A stretch of DNA of 64,000 nucleotides from Candidatus Cloacimonadales bacterium. GTDB taxonomy: Bacteria > Cloacimonadota > Cloacimonadia > Cloacimonadales > JAFGVF01. A program made the translations under genes and the position numbers. The DNA lies in assembly GCA_963667035.1 (NCBI GenBank), contig OY762964.1, positions 672,001-736,000 of the forward strand. Direction: 5' to 3'. A model generated the notes under the pieces. The model saw nothing but the letters and a program-made list of their open reading frames with translations. It ran no database searches and was not told the DNA's origin. Positions 1 to 12,700 of the stretch are shown here, in pieces. How positions within the stretch are numbered: position 1 is the first letter of the stretch; every line of letters starts with the position of its first letter.

Positions 1-871
1 AATAATAGTTAACTTTTATGAACCAAGTTTCATAAACAATGCAACAATTGCAAACAATATAGGTCCGACAAGTGTACTAAGATTCTTAGGTGATTACACA
101 GTTAGAAACAGCATAATGTATAATCCTAGTGCTCCCGGTGAAATACGTGTTTGGGATGGTTTTACCAGTGATGACGAATCTTTTTATTCAGATATTGATA
201 TTGATTATTGCTTAATCCGCAATGGCTTTGATGGAATTGGAGGAATCAATAATCCTCATAATGTATTAGATTGGGGAGAAAACAATTTGGATACAGATCC
301 GCTCTTCCGTGGTGATGTATATGGTGATTGTGAGCTTGAAGATATCGAATGGGTGCAACTGACTCCTGATTCTCCATGTATAAATGCCGGAACTCCCGAT
401 ACTTTAGGAATGGGACTACCTGCATTTGATGTAATAGGCAATCCTCGTGTATGGGATGGAATCGTAGATATAGGAGCATTTGAATATAATCCCACACCTA
501 ATGATGAACATGTTCTTCCAACTCCTCCATCCTCAATAACGCTTACACATTATCCTAATCCGGTTAACATATCAAAGAACGGATGTGCTTTCATTGACTT
601 TACACTTCCTAAGAGACCTGTAGAAAAACCTAAGTTAGAAATCTACAATATAAGAGGTCAAAAGGTTAGGGACATAACAATAACTCAAAGTCTATCAGAA
701 CTTGTGCGTGCAACAGGCTTATCTAAAGAAGAGAATCAATCAGGAGAGAAGTACTCATTAATATGGGATGGCAAAGACAATTCAAGAAAGAAAGTCTCTT
801 CCGGAATATACTTCTATAAAGTTAGTTCTGAAGGTAAAAGTGTTGTTAACAAGATGATGGTTGTAAAGTGA
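1..871 (+). CDS. C-terminal part of a secreted protein (choice-of-anchor-Q-like segment + FlgD-Ig/T9SS type-A-like CTD); 5' end lies outside the window
   Basis: Frame is open from nt 2 to the ATG at 116; LTPDSPCINAG...DIGAFE motif; HYPNP...YNIRGQKV...WDGKD...SSGIYFY...KMMVVK tail. Confidence 0.8.
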   Translation, partial: IIVNFYEPSFINNATIANNIGPTSVLRFLGDYTVRNSIMYNPSAPGEIRVWDGFTSDDESFYSDIDIDYCLIRNGFDGIGGINNPHNVLDWGENNLDTDPLFRGDVYGDCELEDIEWVQLTPDSPCINAGTPDTLGMGLPAFDVIGNPRVWDGIVDIGAFEYNPTPNDEHVLPTPPSSITLTHYPNPVNISKNGCAFIDFTLPKRPVEKPKLEIYNIRGQKVRDITITQSLSELVRATGLSKEENQSGEKYSLIWDGKDNSRKKVSSGIYFYKVSSEGKSVVNKMMVVK

Positions 872-1048
872 CCCTACTTTAATATTCATTATTATTCAAG
901 TAGTTAGGAAGATCAATGTTGTACTTATATATTAGCTGATACTTTCCCATGAAGTCTATAAAAGCTATGTTAAAGGTAAGAATATAGCACTTTCCTATTG
1001 ACATGTACTATTGAAAACTTATATTAAATCAATAGTTTAGGAGGGTTT

Positions 1049-1801
1049 ATGTGTAGTTTTAACGAGCATTACAAGAATTATCTTGGCATTGACGAGAAAG
1101 AGTTTACAATAGGGAAGAGGATATTTCATAAAGTCATTCATAATTGGTCATATCCGGGTTACTTCTATTACAATATGATTATCACAAATTACCACTCGGA
1201 AAGAGTTATGTCTATTCATCCGGAATATGCTGAGATGTTTAGCGATAAAGAGTTAAGCAACTTGCTAAGTCTTGAAGATAACGAGGCAATAGAGTTTTTA
1301 AAGAGTAAGTTTCCTAATCTTTCTAAAGGTGCTTTTATTAGCCGTATGTTACGATACAGTGTTACCCCGGAAGAGTTAAAAAGAGATGTTACTAAAGCTG
1401 CAGTACTGTTTACAAATGAATACAAAAGCCAATTCTATGCCAGATTTAAGAACGTGAGTAAAGAAATTGTCGATTATCACTGGCAGGAAGCCATTCCGTT
1501 GTTTGAAAAGAAAAGGTCATTTATCTGCTGTTCCGAAGATGAGTATTTCTCGATGAGCAATATAACTAATGTTATTGATAACGGTGGTAACATTGGTGTA
1601 GGAACCAATTCCAAGTATAGAAAACAAGGATATGGGAAAGCTACAGTAATCAAAGCAGTAGATTGGTGCTTTGATAATTCAATTGTCCCAATTTATCTAG
1701 TGGATGCACGTAATACTCCTTCCATTAAGTTAGCTGAATCGTTAGGGATGACAAAGAGATCAGAAGAAGTTGTAGTTTGTTCAGAAAGATTGTTTGAATA
1801 G
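1049..1801 (+). CDS. GNAT family N-acetyltransferase
   Basis: YRKQGYGK acetyl-CoA motif and N.PS..LAE.LG; GGAGGG RBS upstream. Confidence 0.8.
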   Translation: MCSFNEHYKNYLGIDEKEFTIGKRIFHKVIHNWSYPGYFYYNMIITNYHSERVMSIHPEYAEMFSDKELSNLLSLEDNEAIEFLKSKFPNLSKGAFISRMLRYSVTPEELKRDVTKAAVLFTNEYKSQFYARFKNVSKEIVDYHWQEAIPLFEKKRSFICCSEDEYFSMSNITNVIDNGGNIGVGTNSKYRKQGYGKATVIKAVDWCFDNSIVPIYLVDARNTPSIKLAESLGMTKRSEEVVVCSERLFE

Positions 1802-1833
1802 ATGAATTGAATTAGAAGCTGTCGATAATAGAA

Positions 1834-1854
1834 AAGCCCGATTGAATCGGGCTT
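1834..1854. terminator. Bidirectional intrinsic terminator
   Basis: AAGCCCGATT-G-AATCGGGCTT inverted repeat between convergent genes. Confidence 0.7.
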
Positions 1855-1883
1855 AATTATAATGCATTACTAATGCTGTTTAC

Positions 1884-4800
1884 TTATTTAATTAATACCA
1901 TCTTCTTTGATTTTGTGTATGTCCCTGATTTAAATTTGTAGAAATAGATACCGGAAGAGACTTTCTTATCGTTATTGTCTGTCCCATCCCATGAAACCGT
2001 ATGCTCTCCATCGGGTTTTATTTCATTTAGAAGAGTTTTTACATGTTGCCCCAGAACATTATAGATTTCAACTTGAACTCTTTGTTGCTTACTCAAATGA
2101 AATCTGATACTTGTTGTTGGATTGAAAGGATTAGGATAACATCCTATGAGTTCTGGGTGACTACTTACAGAAACATACTCATCATTACTGACTACTCTCT
2201 GATCGAAAGTACAATCATCAATAGCAAGAGCAGTTGCATCTTCAGATATACAATTTATAGCTACTCTTACACGCTGGCCAATATAATCGGTTAGCGAGAA
2301 AGCATATTCTGTCCACTCTGTAGGAGGTTCAAAATAATCACCTGTTGAAAGAGGTTGAAAATCTTCCGGATTGGTTGAACCTTCTGAGATAAGAACTCTA
2401 ATTTTCTCCAAACCATAGTTGTCGTTAACTGTCTTTGCGAAGAAACTAAATGCGGAATTCTCAATAACATCATAGTTAGGAGATATTAACCAATCGTTAT
2501 TTGTTTGACCATTACTTGAGTTAGCAGAGAAAGCAACCATCTCGTTTGTTCCACTGTGCGCATTCCAGTTTCCTGAGAGTGGCGGAACTGTTGCTGTTGG
2601 ATCAAATATCATGAATGAACATAATGTTCCGTTGCCAGGAAAGTTGACATTAACTGGATACGTAGTAGTTAGATCCATATCTACACTGTGCCAAGGATAC
2701 AAGTCCTGAGTGAAATCAGAATAGTTTTCAAAGTTATCAGTCCATGGAGTAGGACTAAGATTGAAGTCTATGTTTACAGTTTCAGTGTTCGATGGCTCTG
2801 ATTCTCCTTCTGAATAAACAGCAGTGACATGGTAATCAGAAACACTTTCTTCCGGCTCAATTTCTAAGTAGTATGTTTGTTCCCAATCAGCAATATGAGA
2901 TAACAAAGAATTGTCTTTATATAGATTATAGCCTTCAGGAATATAGGATCTGGAATATGTGGCATCGGTTAGCACTAACTCTATTATCCAATCTCCATTC
3001 CAACCTAATTGCTCTTCGGCCGAAAACCATAGATTGTTAACTTTAATCAAATCACTAAATCCCGGTTCACTTGTTGAACGATCACAACCGAAAGCAGAAT
3101 TATTCCCCGAATCTGCTTCAATAGCAATTATTAAGTTGTTATTTGGATTTGGTATGAAGGGATTATCAAGAGGAACTTCAGTAAGTCCATGAGGATTTAT
3201 CTCATTAATTACTTGTGAGAGTGTAAGAGAATTATCAGATTCGTTATAGATTTTTAATGTATAGGTGGCATTATCATCACCGGCAAGAAATCTTACTCTG
3301 TGAAGATATAGTCCTTGATATTCATTTAAAACAGAACTATCGTACTTATAGGCAACTTCCAGAGGACTAGTATCTTCGGAAGTATAGTATTGATTAAGGT
3401 TAAGATTTGAATATGATAGCTCTACGTAATCACTTCCTAGTATATCAGGAATATTCCATTCCAGTTTTACATTATTATCGTCTGTCATGTATCCTTCTAA
3501 ATTTAATGGTCTTATCAATGGGTTGTATCCCGGACCATTCCAAAAAGTGAATGAGATATTATTACCTGATTCTGAGATATTTTCAATTGGTCTATCTGTA
3601 GCAATATTGTTCCAAGTTAACGATGAGGGATTTGTAGTGTCCGTAAAACTATTATGTGTACCATCAGGGAAAGGAGTTCCGCTGGAGTTTAAATTTCCGT
3701 TGGCAGACTCAATTTGAAGTCCTTTTCTTTGAGAATTATTAACATCATTAGATGATAAATGTGAAAGAATATAAGATTCATCAACATGGTAAACAAGTAA
3801 ACCATGACCTGGAATGGAACTGTTATATCCCAATTGCTGTCGATTTTCTAAAAAGAACCATTCATTGTTACCCGGGGTTTCTATAGCGTATGCTACATCA
3901 TTAGAATTGGAGTTAGATAGAGTATAGTTTCCGGGTAACTCAAGAATTTCTCTTGTCATCCATCCAAGATAATATTTACTCCAAGGATTATGATGAGCCG
4001 GATTATAGGAATTGTTGTTCCAAGATCCTGATGACATTAGATCCCAATCTCCTACGCAATCAACATCATCTCCTGATGCAGTGTTGTAATAATCCGGTAA
4101 TCCTAGAAGATGACCAAACTCATGGGCACTAACCCCAACACCTGCTTGCATACCCCAAGATCCTGATTCTCCTACTACTGCATAACTTGTGATTGTTACT
4201 CCATCAGCTGAAATTGAAGTGGAGAGATTAGATTGGTGAGACCAAATGTCATTTGAATCACCGGAAGTCTCTTGACCTTGACCAGCATGAATGATAATTA
4301 CCCCTTCAACTATCCCATTACCATCATTATCATAATCTGCGAAATTCACATAGGGATTAGCAGCTTGTATTGCTTGTGAAGCAAAAGTTCTCCACTGAGC
4401 TTGCTGACCATATGAATCGTGAGTACCACTGACAGTAACTGGCTGACAGACAGTTCCGGTAGGGCTAAAGTTATTGTAAGAAACTTCTTCATAATAAGAT
4501 TTAAAGCAACCGGTATAATTTGAAGGATTGTTCATTATGTTGTTAAAGGAGGATGTAGAGTAAGACATGCTTTGGTCAGAAAACTGTGCAGGAATAACTA
4601 AAACATTTGCATTCCCGATTGCCGGAAAGCTTCCTAATCTAATATTTCTAGATGACTCTCTATAAGATTCAATTTGTCTGCTACTAAATTTAAGATGTTT
4701 AGGAATTTGATTAATAAATCTTGTTTCATCCGATTGGCGGTTTCCGATTGGAGATGCTTTTTGGTTAGATTGAACCAAGTCTCCACTATCGTTCAATATA

Positions 4801-5003
4801 GCATACATTTTCCAACCGTTTTTATCAAGAAGCGTATAACCGTCTTTCGTTTCAGACCAGTGAATCCACTCGTCTCCGAATTGGCGGATATTGATTATAC
4901 TACCGTCCGGTTGAGTGTAATCAAAATATGTTCTAGGAGCAGGAACTGCAATGATAGCAGTAACAGTTAGTAATAAAAAAAACAATAATATAGTTTTGTG
5001 CAT
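1884..5003 (-). CDS. Secreted M6-family (immune inhibitor A-like) metalloprotease with cleaved-adhesin/choice-of-anchor-J domain and FlgD-Ig CTD
   Basis: Signal peptide; QPDG..GDEW propeptide; HEFGHLLGLPDYY zinc motif; WDLMSSGSW Met-turn; NDWLISP; CYPNPFNP tail. Confidence 0.9.
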   Translation of the reverse strand: MHKTILLFFLLLTVTAIIAVPAPRTYFDYTQPDGSIINIRQFGDEWIHWSETKDGYTLLDKNGWKMYAILNDSGDLVQSNQKASPIGNRQSDETRFINQIPKHLKFSSRQIESYRESSRNIRLGSFPAIGNANVLVIPAQFSDQSMSYSTSSFNNIMNNPSNYTGCFKSYYEEVSYNNFSPTGTVCQPVTVSGTHDSYGQQAQWRTFASQAIQAANPYVNFADYDNDGNGIVEGVIIIHAGQGQETSGDSNDIWSHQSNLSTSISADGVTITSYAVVGESGSWGMQAGVGVSAHEFGHLLGLPDYYNTASGDDVDCVGDWDLMSSGSWNNNSYNPAHHNPWSKYYLGWMTREILELPGNYTLSNSNSNDVAYAIETPGNNEWFFLENRQQLGYNSSIPGHGLLVYHVDESYILSHLSSNDVNNSQRKGLQIESANGNLNSSGTPFPDGTHNSFTDTTNPSSLTWNNIATDRPIENISESGNNISFTFWNGPGYNPLIRPLNLEGYMTDDNNVKLEWNIPDILGSDYVELSYSNLNLNQYYTSEDTSPLEVAYKYDSSVLNEYQGLYLHRVRFLAGDDNATYTLKIYNESDNSLTLSQVINEINPHGLTEVPLDNPFIPNPNNNLIIAIEADSGNNSAFGCDRSTSEPGFSDLIKVNNLWFSAEEQLGWNGDWIIELVLTDATYSRSYIPEGYNLYKDNSLLSHIADWEQTYYLEIEPEESVSDYHVTAVYSEGESEPSNTETVNIDFNLSPTPWTDNFENYSDFTQDLYPWHSVDMDLTTTYPVNVNFPGNGTLCSFMIFDPTATVPPLSGNWNAHSGTNEMVAFSANSSNGQTNNDWLISPNYDVIENSAFSFFAKTVNDNYGLEKIRVLISEGSTNPEDFQPLSTGDYFEPPTEWTEYAFSLTDYIGQRVRVAINCISEDATALAIDDCTFDQRVVSNDEYVSVSSHPELIGCYPNPFNPTTSIRFHLSKQQRVQVEIYNVLGQHVKTLLNEIKPDGEHTVSWDGTDNNDKKVSSGIYFYKFKSGTYTKSKKMVLIK

Positions 5004-5145
5004 TCATACCTCCAGGATACCTGATTAAGTAAGAATTGTGTGAATTAGTTGCTAGTCAATTAAATTTTAATGAATATAGAGTATATTCATATCAAAAAAG
5101 GCTATCCTTTGGATAACCTTCTTCAATATCAATTTAGTTTAAATA

Positions 5146-6708
5146 TTAATCTTCCCATATCCTGAATCTTTGGTCAGGATAGATTAAATTAGGATTACTA
5201 ATCTTTTCTTTATTCAATTCATAGATTCGTTTCCACATAAGAGGATTATCATAAATATCTTTTCTCTTTGCTATATCCCAAAGAGTGTCTCCTTTCTTAA
5301 CCTGATAGAGACCATTAAAGAGTCTTCTTATAGTCAGAACTTGATTAGGATAAATCAAATCAGGATTACTAATCTTATCACGGTTCAACTCATAAATCTG
5401 TTTCCATCTGTGTGGGTTGTTATAAGTTTGAGGTAAAGAAGCAATCTTCCAGAGTGAGTCGCCAGGTTTAACTACATAAGTGTCTACCAATGCAATCTTC
5501 TCTTCAGGTTCTTTTTCAATAACTGTTTCTTCAATTGATTCCTCAACAGGAGGTTCAGTTGCTTCAACAACTATGACAGTGTCAGCTTTAACAGTATCTT
5601 CATCCGTAATCCACTTAGGGATTTCGTAGTTAAAGACAATTTTCTTAGTTATTGGTTCGCCATTTACCGCTCTCGTTGAGATATCGAATACGTTCTTACC
5701 CTCTTTAAGTTTTAGAGGAATTGTGAAGTCTTTTTTGCTGTACTCGTTCAACTTACCTGCAAGTAGTTTAGTCTCTTCATTCAGATTTGCTTTTATAAAG
5801 TAAAGCCTTTCTGCATCTTCAACACCGAAATCCACTTCCACTGAGTCGATTTCAGAATCAACCACTTCTACACCTTCGAATTCGTTATAGACAGCTATTA
5901 CGGGATATTCTTTCACTAATTCGTAAGTTACTTGCACTCCATAGTTTGTCCCAACAAGATCCTCTTCAAGGAAATAGTCATATTTAACATCGAAGGTTAG
6001 ATAGTTAAAGGTATGGAATGAAGGCATTACTGATACTTTCTCTTGAGATACTGAAGTTTTAACTTTAAACCATGGGGCAGGGAAAGCAAACGTGAAATCC
6101 AAACCAATATAATGTTCATTATCTTCTAGGTGATATGTTGCACCTAGCTCAAAATTCTTATTAATATCCCACTTGATGAATGAATCAATCATGAATGGTA
6201 GTTTGTCTTCTCCCGAATTCATGGAAACATCTGGTTGATTCAAGTAATATCCAACACCACCGAATTCGAGCTTATCTTTAATAATAGCAGAGTGAAAACT
6301 AGCTCCTACAGTAGGTTTGAAGATACTCTCATCAGCAATAGTTTCCTCTTCGTTGAAAATTAATCCGGAAGTATCATAAGCACGATTAACAAATCCACCG
6401 GTTAAAGCAAAAGCAAATCTTTTTCTGAAATTGAAACCAATTGATAAGTTCCCGAAAGTCTCTCTGTAGACATCATCCATCTTATTTACTGCATCCAGTT
6501 CTAAACCGAAGTTACCATAAATCTGTGGTTTTGCAATCATTACACCAAAGTTATCGAATCCATCCTCAAATTCCTGATATTCTTTGTTGTAATATGTTGA
6601 GAATTTAAAGTATTTTCCAAACATCTCCTGAGCTGGGATGTAGTTATCAAAAGCAAAGGCAACATAGGAAGTAGCTATCAGAATCATTATTAATACTATC
6701 TTTTTCAT
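5146..6708 (-). CDS. PorP/SprF-like outer-membrane barrel fused to an Ig-like domain and two LysM domains
   Basis: Signal peptide; amphipathic beta strands incl. GGVGYYLNQP; two LysM repeats (YVVKPGDSLWKIA..NPDLIYPNQVL; YQVKKGDTLWDIA..NPNLIYPDQRF); directly downstream of a type-B CTD gene. The PorP call is inferred. Confidence 0.65.
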   Translation of the reverse strand: MKKIVLIMILIATSYVAFAFDNYIPAQEMFGKYFKFSTYYNKEYQEFEDGFDNFGVMIAKPQIYGNFGLELDAVNKMDDVYRETFGNLSIGFNFRKRFAFALTGGFVNRAYDTSGLIFNEEETIADESIFKPTVGASFHSAIIKDKLEFGGVGYYLNQPDVSMNSGEDKLPFMIDSFIKWDINKNFELGATYHLEDNEHYIGLDFTFAFPAPWFKVKTSVSQEKVSVMPSFHTFNYLTFDVKYDYFLEEDLVGTNYGVQVTYELVKEYPVIAVYNEFEGVEVVDSEIDSVEVDFGVEDAERLYFIKANLNEETKLLAGKLNEYSKKDFTIPLKLKEGKNVFDISTRAVNGEPITKKIVFNYEIPKWITDEDTVKADTVIVVEATEPPVEESIEETVIEKEPEEKIALVDTYVVKPGDSLWKIASLPQTYNNPHRWKQIYELNRDKISNPDLIYPNQVLTIRRLFNGLYQVKKGDTLWDIAKRKDIYDNPLMWKRIYELNKEKISNPNLIYPDQRFRIWED

Positions 6709-6717
6709 TCTATCCTC

Positions 6718-9700
6718 CTATTTCACCAAATAGATTTTGCCACGTTTATACGTTTTACCCGCTCGCTCGATAACGAATAGGTATGGTCCGCTTTTACACT
6801 TATCTCCTGAATCATTCTTACCGTCCCATTGAAGAGGTTGAGAAGATTGCCCTTCTACGGAATATATCTTACGACCATTCAGATTGTATACTGTCATTTT
6901 TACTCTCTCTATGCTATCTGAGATAACCTTAAATTTGAAAACGTCATTCTTACTGTCTCCATTTGGAGTGAAGGCATTAGGCTCTGATTGTTGAGATATA
7001 CCTCTAACCTCAATTGCAATATCAGGATTAACACTGCTATTTGAGCTGATTTCAATATCCCCTACATAACTCTTATCATCTGTAGGTACGAATCTTATCT
7101 GAAGTATAACAGATAAATCAGTATCAACAACTATGTTTTCTATCGATGTTTTCCAATCAGTCTCATCGGACATCTTAATTTCATATCCTTGTGGAGATTT
7201 GATTGAATTAATTTCTAAGGCTTTATTACCATTATTAGATATATCAATATCAAATGGCATTGATTTGTCATTAGTGTAGATTAAACCAAAATCATGTGTG
7301 TTTGCACTGAGGACAATAAGAGCATCCAGTTGCTTAACTATAGCTCTTACCATGGAGTTTCCTGTTAACAAAGCACCCCAAGTATCTTGAGCTTTTCTAA
7401 AAGTGTTACCGTTAGTATCTTTATCAAGACCGATTCCCCATGGATCGGGAGTACCAATGACTCTTACAAAGAAGTTAGAACCAGTGAACGATGGATTAAC
7501 ATCTTCCGGTAAACTGAGAAAATTCCACCCAAGATTAACATCAGATGCCTGATAAGTAACAGATATTCCACTGACTTCATTGTCGGGTAGATCTCCTTCA
7601 TCGGAGAACTCAATTGTCAAGTCATCAGTTGAAACTTCTGTTATGTAAAGAGCTACTTTAGTTAGTTCAAATTCTGATCTATGATGCAGCTCATAGCTTA
7701 CTCCAAGTTGGGTGTTTGCCTCGACAGAAAGATTCCCTTCTAATGTTCCGTCATCGTTTGCTATAGTTGTTTCTCCTTCGTCCAGAATATGTGTCGTAAC
7801 TATCTCGGAAGGATTTGTTTCTCCTTGCCAAATATCAGCATCTATTACTGCCGTAACTCTATAATAGATAGTTTGGTTTTTATCATTAACTTCATATTGA
7901 TATATTAGTTCCTCGCTATTTAAGTTCGCTAATGATACATATACTCCATCATAAGTATTGGAAGAATACAATTTGTAACCTGTGACCCAAGCTGTTGTGG
8001 GAGGTTCTGACCATTGAATACTTACCAAGCCAGTAGATAAAGGTGAGACTTTTATGTTTTCAGGCCCATAAGCATCATTAATAACTCTAACTGTAAATAC
8101 TTGACTGTCAGTACCTGCAACATTGCTTCCCTTAACCGTTACTTCATGTGAACCGTACTGATCAAATGATGGTGTCCAAGAAATTAAGCCCGAAGCGTTT
8201 ATTGTCATTCCATCAGGAGCATTTTCTAAAGTGAAATCTATATTCGGGTATGCAGTATATATAACTTGATATTGGAAACTATCGATGATACTGTTTTGAA
8301 TAAACTGATTATCAATCTCTTCAATTATCGGGATATCAGATACATTTAAGACCGTAACTTCAAATGATTCGTTTACTTCATTATTAAATTCATCTTTCGC
8401 TGACACAGTAATTATGTCCGTTCCATACCAATCAAGCAGAGGCTCAATAACAAGAGTTGAACCTACAAGAGATAATGAGATGTTGTCAGGGTCATTGTGA
8501 GTAAACTCTAATATATCTCCATAAGGAATGTCAACATCATTAAAATGAATAGCTAAATCTATATGTGAATCTATAGTGTTCTCATCCATTGAAAAATCAT
8601 CAATCTCAGTAACAAGAATAGGATTATCATTTATCGGATTAATAGTTATCAAGACATCCAACGATACAGCTAGTCTCTTAGATAGAGATGAACTACGGAC
8701 AGATGAATTCTCATCATTGGCTGAGATAGTAAGCGTATCTAATCCACATGCATTGATAACAGGAGTTATTGTGAGTACATTACCTTCTATTACAGCACCG
8801 ATAATTGGTATTTCATCATTCATAGATAATGTAAATGAAAGGCTATCTCCAATATCATCATCTCTAAAGTAATCCAGTAGATTGTATGTCAATGGCTCAA
8901 CAAAGTCTTCATCTACAACAATAGGAGTGAATGTATTATAGATATATGGGGCATCGTTCACATTCTCAACTGTTATCTGGAATGATTGTATAATCTGTAC
9001 ATCAACAATCCTGTCAGTTGCCATTATAGCCACATCCCATGTTCCAACATACTCGTTTGTAGGAGTACCTGAAAGTGTCGCTAGACCGTTACCTGTATTT
9101 GTAAAGGATAGCCATTCAGGAATATTATAACTAAACAAGATTGTATTCCATGCATTTTGATCAGTTACTACGATATTATAGATATATTCATTATCTTCTT
9201 GAACCTCTAAAATCGGCTCTGAATCAAACACAGGCAGATAGTTTTCTTCCCAAACGGTAATATTAACATCCTGATATATTGACTCGAAACCATCAGATGC
9301 TTGTAATGTAAAACCATAAACCCCATAGTCTGCACTTTGAGGGGTTCCTTCAAACAAAGCGGTTCTATCTGTATTGGGAGTAAATGTAAGCCAATCAGGA
9401 AGTACACCGATAATATTAAAAGTGATTATATCAGATTCATCATAATCTGTTACAATTGTTTCATAAGAATAAAGTTCTCCCACATTCGCTAAAGTGTCTA
9501 CTTCTGAGCTGAAGATAGGTTCGTCGTTAACCGGATTAACGGTTACGATGAAAGAATCTGTAGCAAGAGTAGGGGATAGTTGATCTGAGGCAGATACGTG
9601 AATCACAGTATTACCAAACCAGTTACTGACAGAATTTAACACTAGTTGATCCCCATCAACACTTGTGGATATTTCGTCAGATTGAGATGAAACACTATAA

Positions 9701-12700
9701 ACAAGTTGGTCACCATCAGGGTCACTGAAATGAGTACTCAAATCAATAGATACTTCTGTGAAATCCTCATTCTCTACCATATCACTAAAAGTAACAATTA
9801 ACTCAGGGTCATCATTTACATTTATAACTTCAATTGTAAAGTTCTGCAGAACCGGAGATGCTATTCCATCAGAGACAGATATTGAAACATTATGTAGTCC
9901 AACATTTTCATTCTCAGGTGTACCGGTAAGTTCTGCAGTACCGTCACCATTGTCAGTAAATGTCAACCATGCAGGTATAACTTCTCCTGTAATAGCCAAA
10001 GTCGCCCAAGTGTTTGCATCAGTTACCGTTATTGAGTAATCATATAGATTATCTTCCATTACTTGAGTAACAGGAGTAGAAGTAAAAACAGGGGCAGAGT
10101 TATTTTCAAAAACTCTAATGTGAATATTTTGAGTTGCACTCTCAATTCCGTCAGATGTATCAATTGAGAAATCATATACACCATAATCTGTACTCTGTGG
10201 AGTACCGGTTATGGTTCCTGTTCTGTCCAGGTTATCGGTGAATGATAACCATGCAGGCATATTGTTTGTGCTAAAAGTAACAGTATCGCTCGGGTCAGGA
10301 TCACTAACCGATATATTATATGTATATACATCATTAACTGTAGCAAGAGTATCATTAGTTGTTATGAATACAGGAGCATCATTAACCGGAGTAAGTATAA
10401 CATCGAAGGAATCGTTTACCGATGCTCTATTCTGTAAATCATCAGCAGTTACTGTTATCGAAGTGGTTCCATACCAATCTGCTACTGAAGTAAGTGTTAG
10501 GGTACTACCTGTGATAGATGCATTAATCTCATCCGAGTTACTGTTTTGTGAGTAGTCTAGAGGATTCCCATCGACATCAGTAAAGTGTTGATCCAAGTCT
10601 ATAGAAATCTGGTTTGTGAAGTCCTCAGTATCATTAACATCAGCTAATGGAACAGATAAAACAGGACCATCATTAACATTAATTACTTCAATTGTAAATG
10701 CTTGAATTGTGTTAGGTGCTACTGAGTCGCTTACTTCCAAACTAACTTGATGCATTCCTACTTCTTGATTACTAGGAGTTCCGGTTAACAATCCTGTTCC
10801 GTCTCCATTGTCAGTTAAACTTAACCAAGCAGGTATAGTTGTAGCACTTAGAGTAAGAACTGCCCATGTATTAGGATCTTGAGTAACAACATTGTAGGAG
10901 TACTCATTACCTTGTAGGACTGTTAGTGTCGGTTGACTGGTAAAACTCGGAGGATAATTGAATTGATTAACCGTAATCGTAAAGCTTTGCTCAAGATTAC
11001 CTCCTATACCATCTGATGCTCTCAAAGTTACGAGATTATCTCCCAGATTATCTCCGTTAGGAGTTCCTGTAAGCTGACCGTTTCCATTTCCGTTATCAGT
11101 AAATGATAACCACGTAGGAATTGTGGTTGCTGTTAAAGTTATGCTTGGTCCATCCGGATCGGAAGCAACAATGTCAGCTTGATACAGTTCCAATTCATTT
11201 ATTGTAATGTCGGTTGGGAACTGGTCAAAAGTCGGTTGATCATTAATCGGACTTACATTTATCACAAATGATTGAACAACCGGGGTTGCAATCTGATGAT
11301 CCGTAAGGGTCAGTGTAACATTGTTCTGCCCAATATCTGAATCCCCGGGTGTACCTGTTAATATCGCCGTCCCGTCACCATTATCAGTAAATGATAGCCA
11401 AACTGGATAAACAGTAGCTGATATATCTAATATTGCCCATGTGTTTGGATCTGCGGCTGTAATGTTATATGTATAAAGCATGTCTTCAGTAGCTGTTGTT
11501 ACTGGAGTAGAAGTAAACACAGGAGCGTAATTGTAAGCTTCAACATCAATAACAAAGTTTTGTCGAACAGGTGTTGCGATTATTCCGTCTGTAACTGATA
11601 AAACAACGTTGTGATTACCTAAATCAGTTCCGTCAGGAGTCCCTGTGAGTAATCCTGTTCCATCACCATTATCAGTGAAGTTTAACCATACCGGAATCAA
11701 ATCTCCGTTTAGAGTTAAAGTTGCACCGCTATCTACATCATTAACACTTATGTTATAAATATAATTAAATCCCTCTCTTGTAGTTGTAACAGGTGTAGAT
11801 GTGAATACAGGAATATCATTTGTATTAGTAACATTGATTGTGAAGTTTTGCTGTACTGCAGGTGAAACACCGTCGGTTACTTCTAAAACTATAGGATTAC
11901 TACCTACATTTTCATTTAAAGGAGTACCCTCTAACAAAGCAGTACCGTCACCATTGTCAGTTAAAACAAGCCAGCTTGGTAATGTTGAGGCTGTTATTGT
12001 CAAATTAGCCCAGAAATTAGGGTCGGTTGCAACAAGAGTGTATTGATACAACTGATCCTCAATGGCATCAGTAATTGGTACTGAAGTGATTGTAGGAGGT
12101 GTATTCTGATCATAAACTGTAACAGTGAATACTTGTTGAATTGGTGTAGTAATAATACCATCAGAAGCTTCCAGTATTACATCATGAGCTCCTAAATCAT
12201 TAATATCGGGAGTCCCGCTAAGAACTGCTGTTCCATCACCGTTATCTGTTAATGAACACCATGATGGAATAAGTAAATCAGAGACAGTAATTGTTGCCCA
12301 AGTGTTATTATCTTCAACTATGATATTGTAAGTATACAATTGATCTTGTAAAGCAGATAGTTGTGGATCTGATGCAAAGTAAGGAGCAGTATTAGGTTCT
12401 CTTACTTCAAGTATAAAATCTTGTTCAACAGGATTAAGAATGAAACCATCAGTAACAAATAGTGAAACATTGATTTGTCCCGCATCACTAATTTGAGGTG
12501 TGCCGGATAGTATTGCCGTTCCGTCTCCGTTATCAACAAATGTCAACCAGCCGGGTAATACGGAGCTGGTAATAGTTAACGTTGGATTAGGATCATCATC
12601 TGCAACTGTTATGTTGTAAAGATAAGGTTGATTTACATTACTAATCAATAATGGTGTACTTGTGAAGTAAGGAGCATCGTTCATATTTATAACATCAATA